DNA of 64,000 nucleotides. Source: Eledone cirrhosa. Lineage: Eukaryota. Shown here in pieces: positions 1-12,227 of this stretch. A program made the translations under genes and the position numbers. The notes below the pieces were generated by a model, which made no database searches, was not told the origin of the DNA, and saw nothing but the letters and a program-made list of their open reading frames with translations. The stretch lies in NCBI GenBank assembly GCA_964016885.1, contig OZ024744.1, forward strand, positions 97,898,001-97,962,000. The letters are read 5' to 3'. Position 1 is the stretch's first letter; the number at the start of each line of letters is the position of its first letter.

Positions 1-737
1 TTCAACATAATCCCTGGAAAAAAGCAATGCCGTTATTAAGAAGAATAGTTGAAATTAATGCATGTAAGATTTCACAGCTCTAGCATCATTCCTTCATAGT
101 CTGACCAAGATACTCTCATGGAATGACCAAATGAGATTTATTTTTCAACACAGTCCTTGGAAAGATACAATGTGTAGTTATTAATAAGAAGAGTTGAAAT
201 TAATGTGTGTCTAGATGTATATGTGTATGTGCATGTGTGTGAGTGCATGTGAATGTACGTGTGTGTGTCTCTGTATGTGTATTTGTGTGTGTGTGTGTGT
301 GTGTGAGTGAGTGAGTGAGTGTCTGTGTCTATATATTTGTATGCGTGTGTGAGTGGGTGTCTGTGCGTGTGTATTTGTATGTGTGTGCGTGTGAGTGTGT
401 GTCTATGCCTGTGTATTTGTATGCGTATGTACTTGAGTGAGTGTGTCTGTGTGGGTCTGTGTATGTGTATTGCGTGTGTCTGTGTGTGAAGTATGTGTTT
501 TTAATGTCTTAGAGTCTTCTATTAATCGGAGAGATAAAAATGTAAAGTTATGTTTGAAGTTGACATAGGAAGTCTGTCGAAAAATTATCCGACCTTTCTG
601 TCGAAAGTAATGACGTTACGGCGACAAAAATGTGTAGAATGGAGTAACGTGCATTCATTCATACACGTGTGTGGTTTTTGGAGAGCTCGTAGTCGTGTGA
701 GATACTGGACTACTTATTTGTTGCATTTTCATTTCGT

Positions 738-1005
738 ACATGGCCTAGTGGTAAGGATGTTGAACTTATGATCATAATGTCGATGGTTCGATTCCTAGAC
801 TGGGTTGTGTGTTATGTACTTGGGCAAAACACTTCATTTCACGTTGCTCCAGTATACTTAGTGGAGGTGTGTGGCCTAATGGTAAGGGTGTTAGACTTAC
901 AATCATAATGTTGTAGGTTCGATTTCTGTACTGGGTTCTGTGTTGTGTTCTTGAGCAAAACACCTTATTTCATGTTGATCCAGTATACCCAGCTGAAAAA
1001 GAGTA
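738..1005 (+). mobile_element. Two tandem copies of tRNA-derived SINE family B
   Basis: A-box TGGCCTAGTGG and B-box GGTTCGATTCC, followed by GTG(T/TT)CTTG(A/G)GCAAAACAC. The same family occurs at 26478, 33400, 35420, 40228 and 54612. Confidence 0.7.
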
Positions 1006-1130
1006 CCATTCTTCAACTTGACTGTAGTTGTGACATTACTGTCGGAGATAGTATTCATCTTAAATTTAATAAATAGTCTCCCACGCCAAAATATGCGACT
1101 GATTGCGTTGACTGATTGTATGTATGTATG

Positions 1131-2878
1131 TGAAGGATACATCATTGGCTCACAGGAGGACAGAAATACGAACCTAACCCAAAATTTCTTTGTGGACGAT
1201 CTGAAACTCTATGCCAAGAACATGGATGGGATGAAGAAAAATCCTGGTTTCAACTTCTCAAAGGATATAGGAATGGAGTTTGGCCAAGATAAATGCTCAT
1301 ACATGACTGTAAAGCGGGGGAAAACAACAACCCAATTTAGCAACATTGTCATCAATGGCTTAACTGTTTCACCGATATCTGATGAGGACTGCTACAGATA
1401 CCTGGGGATAGATGAACACATATCCTATAATGGTATCTGTAATAAGGAACGCATAACCAGGGAATACTACACCTGATTAAGAAAGATATGGTCATCGGAA
1501 CTCTCTGCGCAAAACAAAACAGTAACTCTGTGCAAAACAAACAATGTGTTTGCTGTGCCTGTCCTAACACCAACGTTTGGAATACTCAATTGGACGATAG
1601 ACGAAATCTGAGCAATTCATGCTATAACTAAAAAAATACTAAACAACACCGGAAACTTCCACATCAACAGTGACATAGACCACCTTTACTTGAAACGTAA
1701 GCAGGGAGGCAGAGGCCTAACATCAGTCCAGACAGCATTTGAATGTCGCATCATATTCTTCCGACAACATCTACGAACCTCGAAGTGTAGGAGCCCATCT
1801 CTCGAGCAAGTCTATCTGCATGAAACAGATAAGATCATGAGAGTTGGGAAGGAACTCCTCGAGAGGTATTCCCTGTGTGATAATCCTGCATGGATATGTT
1901 GCCAGGAAGCTCCAGAGTGAGAGTAATATAGATAAAGAAAGTAGTCTATATTGGCTCCCACTTTGAAGGATACTCTTTTGCAAACTAAGGGCATCAACAC
2001 GAAATACCTGATTCACAAAAGAGGTAGGGATGCAGGCAAAACACCTAGATGTGATAACAAGTGCAGACTCTGCAGAATTAACATCGAAGATGTCACCCAT
2101 GTTATAAGCAGCTGTCCAACGATGTCATCGCGGTACTATCTACCTATGAGGAATGATGTAGTGGCCAAAACACTGTACAATGCAATCCGTAGAAAAGATA
2201 TCCCCGATAATAAACACATTAAAAGCTACAGCAATGTGGAAGACATCCATATACATAATATGAAAGAGTACTGGTGGAATGTTCCAGTAAAAACCCCAAT
2301 AAAATGCAGGCATAACAGACCAGATATTATGATATGGGACAGGGAGAAGAAAACATGCACAATAGTGGAAGTTAGCTGTCCAGCAGATGCCAATATAATA
2401 TCAAAGATTAGCGAAAAGGAGAATATGTATGCAGAACTGATGAGAAATCTGCAGATACTCCACCCTGATTATACCTTCAGATTTATGTCTGTGATTATTG
2501 GGGCACTGGGGTATGTTAGTAACTGCCTCAATACAAATTTTGAGAAGCTAGGCTTCACAGGAACAGAAAGAACACAACTAGTTAGGAAATTACAAGTACA
2601 ATCCATTAATGGAACAGTAAAAATATGTAAAACATTCCAGAAATTGTGCATCTAATAACTGCATATACACATGTACAGATACTAAGCATATACACACGCA
2701 CACATACAACTCAAAACATACACATCCACACATACAATAACATCCATATCTACACATGCATGTATACATAATCTACCTAGTTAATGTGTAAATTCCAATG
2801 AGAGAGTCTTGTGTCTATGTTAGAAACCGACTCTCTCTCTATTGGCAAAAATTTGTGAAATTATAAAACCAGAAGACC
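1131..2878 (+). mobile_element. 5'-truncated, decayed R4/Dong-like non-LTR retrotransposon (RT C-terminus, CCHC knuckle, restriction-like endonuclease)
   Basis: RT motifs FFVDDLKLYA and YRYLG; knuckle CRLC...HVISSC; PD-(D/E)xK motif RPDIMIWD...IVEVSCP...K in ORF 1951-2655. Stops and frameshifts lie between the ORFs. The 3' end abuts an (ATAC)n tract. Confidence 0.85.
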
Positions 2879-2925
2879 ATACATACATATACTTACATAC
2901 ATAAATACATACTTACATACATAAA

Positions 2926-2959
<34 letters not shown>

Positions 2960-3030
2960 CTTACATACATAAATACATACATACATACATACATACATAC
3001 ATACGTGTGTGTGTGTGTATACACACACAC

Positions 3031-4620
3031 CTCGGCAGGATTTGAACTCAGATCATAAAGGGCCGTAACTCTATGCTGCAAAGCATAGAGTCCGACCCTC
3101 TACCGATACTTCCAATTCAACGCCCTTTGTTTGCTAGAAATAATAATGATAATACCGTAAAAACATTACACTGAACAAAATACATTTAAATCATATATAT
3201 ACGTTATCTATTTCCATATCTATCTATATAACGAACCGATGTCGTCTTTTTCGTGAGTGATGCACTGGAGTCGTGTTTAAGCCGGCTAGAAATAGCAATG
3301 AAAAATCTCTCAAATCAACATCTGGTCTTAAAAGGAAGCTTACTTTAAAATAGTCCTAGATAGGCTAAAAAAATAAAACAAAAAAAAACAACAAAAAACA
3401 AACCAGATGATCACAGCTGGAACCCCTTTAATCGTAAACATGCTTTATCCGAGTTGGCCTGGGGCTATATAATAGCAACAACACACATAAAACATTTGAC
3501 TTAAAAAACAAATAAGTACAAACTATAAAGAACAAGTAATTACAAACTTCCTCTTACACATGCACACATGCACACATGCGCACGCGCATGTGTGCATGTG
3601 TGCATGTGTAAGAGGAAGTTTGTACTTATTTGTTCTTTATAGAAAATGAAACGGTTGAGCTTACACATTTTAAAATAACTTCATAATAAGCAGTTATTTA
3701 CAAGATAATAAATGGTGCTATTTATTTTATATTTGATGTTTTATTTAATTACTAAAGTGACATTTAATGATTATCGGATTGTTTTTATGTAATAAATATG
3801 TTCGACAAGACAATACACCTCAAATTACCTCCCTTGCCTTGAGAACGTTTTAAAAATTCGTTCGCCTGCAAATGGAAGCGTTCATTTCCCATTCAATGAT
3901 AGTATTTGTTCGTTTATAAGCGTACATGAATATTTTTCGATGTTGGTACTTTGAAAATGAGAGTGAATTCACCACAACTACTACAATAGTGAATGCTGAC
4001 ATTCACACAGAAAACATTGAGGTAACATGGGCAAAATATAGAGTAATGTGAGGGAACATCTGATAATTTGTTCGCTATATGCCTACAAGGGTTTATTTAA
4101 CATCAATTCTTCTGTCGCATTTCCTCCATAAATCACCAAATATGGATAATGAATGTCAAATGTGTTGTGTGTATTTTTGCTATTATATAGCCCCAGGCAA
4201 ACCCGTATAAAACATGTTTACGATTAAAGGGGTTCCAGCTGTGATCATCTGGTTTGTTTTTTGTTTAGTTTTTTGTTTTTGTTTTTTTTTTTAGCCTATC
4301 TAGGACTATTTTAAAGTAAGCTTCCTTTTAAGACCAGATGTTGATTTGAGAGAATTTTCGTTGCTATTTCTAGCAAACTTAAAAACGACTCAGGTGCTTC
4401 ACTCACGAAAAAGACGACATCGGTTCGTTATATAGATAGATATGGAAACAGATAACGTATATATATGATTTAAATGTATTTTGTTCAGTGTAATTTTTTT
4501 ACGGTATTATTATTTCTAGCAAACAAAGGGCGGTGAATTGGCAGTATCGGCAGATCGTTGGACATGCTTTGCGGTATTTAGTTACGTTCCTTTACGTTCT
4601 GAGTTCAATTCCCACCGAGG
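3031..4620. repeat. Diverged inverted repeat, arms ~3031-3500 and ~4155-4620
   Basis: For example aacgaaccgatgtcgtctttttcgtgagtga (3230) is the reverse complement of 4399-4429. Both arms include a SINE head. Confidence 0.85.
3523..3642. repeat. Near-perfect ~120-bp palindrome
   Basis: ctataaagaacaa...tacaaacttcctcttacacatgcacacatg...catgtgtgcatgtgtaagaggaagtttgta...ttgttctttatag. Confidence 0.9.
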
Positions 4621-5372
4621 TTAACTTTGCCTTTCATCCTCAAAGGTCGATAAAATAAAGTACCAGTAATGCACTGAGGTTGATGTAATTGACTTAACCC
4701 CTCCTTTCAAATTGTTGACCTTGTGTTTAAATCAGAAACCATTATTTCTACAGTATCGGTAGAGGGTCGGACGCCATGCTTTGCAGCATAGAGTTACGGC
4801 CCTTTGCGGACTGAGTTCAAATGCCGCCGAGGTTCGCTTTACCTTTCATCCTTACGAGGTCGATAAAATAAAGTACCAGTAATGCACTGGGTAATTGCTG
4901 GCCTTGTGCCTAAAGTAGAAACAATTATTTCTACAGTATCGGTAGAGGGTCGGACGCCATGCTTTGCAGCATAGAGTTACGGCCCTTTGCGGACTGGTGT
5001 TCAAATGCCGCCAAGGTTAGCTTTACCTTTCATATTTACGGGGGGTCGATAAAATAAAGTACCAGTAATGTACTGGGATAATTGCTGGCTTTCTGCCTAA
5101 AGTAGAAACAATTATATCTAACACACAAGGGCGGTGAATTGCCAGTATCGGAAGATCGTCGGACATTATGCTTTGCGATATTTAGTTACAACTTTCTATA
5201 GTCTGAGATCAAATCCTGCCGGGGTCAACTTTGCCTTTCATCCTTCCGGGATCGATAAAATAAAATACCAGTTGAGTTACAGCGGTCGATTTGGTCAACT
5301 TTTCCTTTCCCCTAAATTACTGGCCTCGTGCCAATATTAGAAATAATTAAAATGTTCTCTCTCTCTCACTCC

Positions 5373-5467
<95 letters not shown>

Positions 5468-6498
5468 GGGAAAATAGTTTCGTCTTAAATGTGGAAAATA
5501 ATCGGAAAGTTTGAGGAATTTAGTAAAATAACTAACTTTTTCACTAATGAGTTGATGTTAGGGACATTTCTTAACAAAAAGATATTTTGTTCTTCTTTTT
5601 CTTCTTCTTCTTCTTTTTCTTCTTCTTCTTCTTCTTCTTCTTCTTCTTCTTCTTCTTCTTCTTCTTCTTCTTCTTCTTCTTCTTCTACGGTCACTTATTC
5701 CTGAGAGGTCGTGGGGGGGGGGGGGGGGGGGAAGAGTCCTCAAACACACCTTCCATTGAATCCTGTCATAAACAACCATTTCCAACAGGATCTCCGAGCG
5801 AGACCAGCCAAGCTCGTAGATATTTATTATCCAACCATAGTTATTTCTATTACACAAATATTTCCTGCTCTTTAAAGTTTTGAGTTCAAATCCTACGCAG
5901 GTCAACTTCGACGTTCCGCGGTTGATTGGCAGTATCGGTAGAGGGTCGGACGCCATGCTTTGACGCATAGAGTTACGTCCCTTGCCATTCTGAGTTCAAA
6001 TCCCGCCGAGGTTAACTTTGCCTTTCATCCTTACGGGGGTCGATAAAATAAAGTACCAGTAATACACTGGGTATTTGCTGGCGTTGTGCCAAAAGTAGAA
6101 ACAATTATTAATTATACATGGATTGGCAGTATCGGTAGAACGTCGGACATCATGCTTTGCAGCATAGAGTTACGGCCCTCTATGGTCTGAGTTCAAATCC
6201 CGCCAAAGTTAGTTTTTCTATGGTCAATAAAATAAAATGCCTGTGATGTACTAGGTTTGATATTATCGACTTTCACCTTTTCCCAAATTGCTGGCCTTGT
6301 ATTTAAATTATGGGCGGTGGTTTGGCAGTATCGGTAGACGGTCGGACGCCATGCTTTCCAGCATAGTGTTACGTCCCTTTATGGTCTGAGTTCAAACCCC
6401 GCCAAGGTTAACTTCATCCTTACGGGGGTCGATAAAATAAAGTACCAGTAATGCATTGGGGTAATTGCTGGCTTTGTGCCAAAAGTAGAAACAATTAT
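4528..6498 (+). mobile_element. Cluster of ~7 plus-strand copies of tRNA-derived SINE family A (~190-220 bp each)
   Basis: A-box TGGCAGTATCGG, B-box GAGTTCAAATCC, conserved core CTTTCATCCTTACGGGGTCGATAAAATAAAGTACCAG and tail AAAGTAGAAACAATTAT, all repeated. Confidence 0.85.
5590..5838 (-). mobile_element. 3' end of an RTE-like LINE with a (GAA)n tail
   Basis: The reverse complement resembles the 3' end of the RTE fragment at 53650-53797 (gagcttggctggtctcgct...ccccacga...aataagtg) and is followed by (GAA)n. Confidence 0.65.
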
Positions 6499-6662
6499 TT
6501 CTTATACTCAGTTGTACCTTCTTATTTTAGTGGAGACGAAACCAAACTCAACGTCGCCATAGACGTCGTAATCCGCCATCTTCGTCGAGGTCGTTAATCG
6601 TTGTAGTAAGTTTACTTTCATTTTCTGCATACCAATAACGAAGAATTCTCTTTAGTTTAATT

Positions 6663-7249
6663 AATTGTTTCTACTTTTGGCACAAGGCCAGCAATTACCC
6701 AGTACATTACTGGTACTTTATTTTATCGACCCCGTAAGGATGAAAGGCAAAGTTAACCTCGACGGGATTTCAACTCAAACCGTAAAGGGACGTAACTATG
6801 CTAGGAAGCATGGCGTCCAACTATCTGCCGATACTGCCAAAATCACTTCTTCATTTCCTGGGCTCTCTGAAACTGAGACTATTTCACAGACGAATTCTGT
6901 GATTACCAAGTTGAATTCGTGAATTCTGTGTCACAATGAAAGACTATTTATGAGAAAATAGTGAAAGTTTTCTGAGGGGTCTTTTGGTTGTTGCTTGTTT
7001 GTTTGTTATTTTCATGAGCGAAAAGTTAAAGGTTGATTAATTTCTTTTTCATACAAATAATTGTTTCTACTTTTGGCACAAGGCCAGCAATTATCCCAGT
7101 GTATTAATGGTACTTTATTTTATCGACCCCGTAAGGATGAAAGGCAAAGTTAACCTCGACGGGATTTGAACTCAGAATGGCAAGGGCCGTAACTCTATGC
7201 GCCAAAGCATGGCGTCCGACCGTCTACCGATACTGCCAATCCACCGCCC
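6663..7249 (-). mobile_element. Two minus-strand SINE family A copies (6663-6840, 7058-7249)
   Basis: Reverse complement of the family A consensus. Confidence 0.85.
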
Positions 7250-7562
7250 AATAATGAGAGATATATTCCACTATTGATGAAAAAGGATGTGTAGTTCTGA
7301 TATCCTTAATGAGAAAGTCATAACGTCACAACCATAATTTTACAGGAAAGCGTCTCGTGTATTTGATGTAAATCGTTACAACTCTCTTCTACTAGTATTG
7401 GTTTCTTATATATAGGCACAAGGCCACTCTCTTCTATGAGTATTAACATTCGATACAATTAGTTAGTAAAGAGCCATGTTTTACTCACGAAAATTATGAA
7501 TATAATAAAAAATATTCGGTGAATAAAACTTCAATGACAATATCACTTTGGATGCTTTAAAA

Positions 7563-7746
7563 CAGGCATGTCAAACCGAGGCTCCCCCGTACGCCACATG
7601 GGTCACATATGTGTTGTCTGAGGGCCACACATTACAACTAACTTTTTTTTTATATTACACTCGCGCTGTAAAAACCTTTGTTCGAGTGGCAGCTGTGCTT
7701 GTAAAGGGCCATATGCGGCCCGCTGGCCACATCTTTAACATGCCTT
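7563..7746. mobile_element. hAT/Charlie-like MITE
   Basis: Ends CAGGCATGTCAAAC and TTTAACATGCCT, with internal GGGCCA/GCGGCCCG subterminal motifs typical of hAT MITEs. Confidence 0.55.
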
Positions 7747-8057
7747 TACGTTCTGAGTTCTAATCCCACCAAGGTTTGTTTTGTCTTTCATACTTATGGG
7801 TTCAATAAAATATAGTACCAATAACACATTGAAGTCGATTTAATCGACTTTCCTCTTCCTTTGGGAGAGGAAAGTTGATTAAATCGACCCCAGCACGTTA
7901 CTGTTACTTTATTTTATCGACCCTGTAAGGATGAAAATTATGAATATAATAAAAATATTCGGCGAATAAAACTTCAATAATGACAATATCACACTGGATA
8001 CTTTACAGTGTGTTGGCAGCGCGCTACTGCCTGAAAAAGCTTTCATTATATTTTAGA

Positions 8058-8425
8058 GGGTTGGACGCCATGCTTTCTAGCATAGTTACGTCTCTTTACA
8101 GTCTGAGTTCAAATCCCGCCCAGGTTAACTTTGCCTTTCATCCTTACGGGGTCGATAAAATAAAGTACCAGTAATGTACTGGGTAATTGCTGACCTTGTG
8201 TCTAAAGTAGAAACAATTATATTTCGTTGTCTACGGTGGTGGATTGGCAGTATCGGTAGAGGGTCTGACGCCATGCTTTGCAGCAAAGAGTTACGGCCCT
8301 TTATGGTCTGAGTTCAAATCCCACCAAGGTTAACTTTGCCTTTCATCCTTACGGGGTCGATAAAATAAAGTACCAGTAATACACTGGGATAATTGCTGGC
8401 CTTGTACCAAAAGTAGAAACAATTA
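8058..8425 (+). mobile_element. Two SINE family A copies; the second is flanked by the target duplication tatttcgttgt
   Basis: Match to the family consensus plus a flanking direct repeat. Confidence 0.85.
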
Positions 8426-8546
8426 TATTTCGTTGTGTACTGCAAATCGAATGTTAATTTGTGTGTATATTTATGTATATATATATATATATATAAAATA
8501 TTAAACAAATAATGAATAAACAATTCCTTATATTAAACAAAAAAAG

Positions 8547-8701
8547 TTCATTATTTAACGATCGTTTCTAGGATATATATGTGTTATAATTGGTATGCAT
8601 ATTCAACAGATCTATGTACAAAATTATACAAAATTATACAAATTATCAAGATTAAATATACATACCAAACACATATATACGCCGTCTTCAGAAATAATGA
8701 A
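8547..8701 (-). ncRNA. Type I hammerhead ribozyme with extended stem II (left pLTR)
   Basis: ttcattattt-CTGAAGA-[~116-nt stem II]-GAAAC-GATC-GTT^-aaataatgaa, with a 10-bp stem I. Confidence 0.75.
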
Positions 8702-9515
8702 GTATATTTATTGATAATAACAACAATTCAAAATTTCAGTTCAAAATTGACCAATGAAAACACAAAGGGTTAAATGCAGTTCGGTGTGTGTATATACATG
8801 TAAAACCCTTACACATATTTTACAAAAATGTATGTATAATTTGTATACGCATACTAAAAGGATGGATGCAAATACAAAATTTCAAGGTTAATGTCTCTGT
8901 AAGCTTACAATGCGCAGATAAGATGCGCATTGATACTTATGAAATCAAGTATATTATTTCATACTCACACATATCAGTACAATCACACATACACGCGCGT
9001 ATATGCATAAATATACACATAACCACGAACATACAAACACACACACACCCCCACTCACATTTATATATGTGGATATAAAATCATAAGCACATGGATATTA
9101 ATTCACTCACATAAAACACTGGCACACACATTTCTAGATCAAGATACAGAAATTAGGTGGGAGGGGGGGAGGGGTCAGTATTCAACTGTCTGAGCAGACT
9201 GCCTAATATAAATGTATCTATAAATTAAGAAAAATAAAAAAATAAAACAATAAAATATAATAAATATAATATAATATACATACACATACAGATATATACA
9301 CATACATACATGTACGCACACATAGAAATATTTACGCATACACACATACACACATACATATACAGTCATACACACACATACACTTACACGAACATACACA
9401 TACACATATATAAAAATATATATATACACACACACACACACGCAACACATACACACATACACATATATATAAAAAATAAAAAATAAATAATAAAGATATA
9501 TACCTATATATATAT

Positions 9516-9558
<43 letters not shown>

Positions 9559-9954
9559 CACACACATACATCTAAATATATATACACATACATACACACA
9601 TACATGTACATACATGTACATACATATACGCACATCGATATACATATATATATATACATATATATATATACACACACATAGACATGTAGATACATACACA
9701 CACAACTTACATACACACATATATATATACATGTATATTCATACATAGAATTAGATATATAATCATACATACATATGCACTTACTTATACTCATATATAC
9801 AAATACATACGCATCCATATATGCGTATATACATAAAAAAACCCTACAACCTCACCTAACTCAGACATACAAATAAAAATAATAATAAAAAGGCATATGT
9901 ATATACATACACACACGCATTAATAGAGATATATATATACACACATACATACAC

Positions 9955-10024
<70 letters not shown>

Positions 10025-10027
10025 ACT

Positions 10028-10101
<74 letters not shown>

Positions 10102-10169
10102 GATATCCACACACTCATACCACCATAAATACACATACAAACACCTACATATATATATATATACACACG

Positions 10170-10203
<34 letters not shown>

Positions 10204-10328
10204 TAAAAAACAGACATGCACATATATATATATATATATTTTTTTACACTTATATATACACATATTATATACACATACACAACCTCACTTATACACACAT
10301 ACACATAAGTTATATTATAATAATAAAG

Positions 10329-10365
<37 letters not shown>

Positions 10366-10467
10366 TACATATATATACATACATACATACACATACATAC
10401 ATACATATAAACATATACATACATAAATACACACATACGAATAAAGACATATATTCACACATAGACA

Positions 10468-10517
<50 letters not shown>

Positions 10518-11655
10518 TATATATATATACACACACACATATACACAGACACATATACACACTCACATATATATATGTGTGTGTGCGCACACACACATAT
10601 ATACACACACACACACAAAAATACACATAAACACATACATATGCATACATGCACACACACACACATATATCACATAGATACGAAGATAAACATATAAATA
10701 GAGAGACATACATATATATACAACACACATACACACACATACATACACACGCATATACATATACATATATATATACATATATATATTCCTATATATACAT
10801 GCATACACATATATACACATATATACACATACATACACATATACGTACACACATTCACATACACATACATATATAATGCATATATACACATATATACATA
10901 CATATACACACTCATATATACACACGCAATCTTACATTCATATTTGCATGCGCATATATGTATTTTTATATTTAGATATAAATACCCAAACCTATATAGA
11001 CACCTACCTACATATATATTCATACATAGACGCTTACAAATACAGATGATAATAGTATGGGGGAAAGGGGGGGTTTGGAGAAGGGGATCAAAGTAAATAT
11101 ATGTTTCAAGAAACATAGAAAATTTTCCGTATCTTTATCCAATGTATGTTCTTACATATTTTCAGTGTTAGGAAATACGACAAACAAGAACTAAGGCAAA
11201 ATCTATGCATCTCAAAATAAATAAGTATACCATTAATCATATGTTAACTAAACCAAAGATAGTCAACATATTGATTTCTAAGGTGTAAATTAGTTAGGTT
11301 TATAATATTTGAAGCAGAATTTTGAAGTCAAACAGTAGTAGATTATTAATTACAGTATAACTAAATTAAAGTTAATAACGTTATGGTATCAATATTAGGA
11401 AATGAATTTAGTAATAGGGAAAAAAAACACAAATAAAAATAAAATAAAGTATTACATCGGTAGTAGAATATAAATTATATGTTAACTAAATTAAAAATTA
11501 TATATTTATTTCAATAGTATATGTTAATTAGGTATACAATACATAAAGCAGATACTGTATTTCATCAATAGCATAATATAATTATATGCAAATAGAAATC
11601 AAAATTAATACGCATACATATACATATACATACACATACACATATACATATATAT

Positions 11656-11704
<49 letters not shown>

Positions 11705-12227
11705 TACATACATACACATACACATACACACACACACATACACATACACATATACATATACATATCTTTTTCAAAAAATTGCATAGAATATATTAACTAG
11801 GTATACATCCAAAACACATCCCATTCTATGATTACATGACATTCTGCAATTCGTCTGTATAAGGATACTAATTTTAAGCAAATTAAAATTAAAATTTTTA
11901 GGTTGATTAAAACTAAAACCAAATAATAAATATATTTCTAAAATGTATATTAATTAGGTCTATAATACTAAAAATTATTTCTCTGTCATTGGATACACGA
12001 TATTATTTTGTTATATTTTATCTGTAAAAGAGTTATAATAAAAGGTTTAAATAAATTAAAATTAATCTATAAATTAAATTACTAAGTATATATTAGTAAT
12101 ATTTAAAGGTTTTTCACAATTTATGATTACATAATATTTTATATTCTCATCTGTAATAAAATATTAATTAAATTAAATTTATAGGTTAACTAACATTTAA
12201 ATTAAATTAATTTCTAAAATAATGTTA

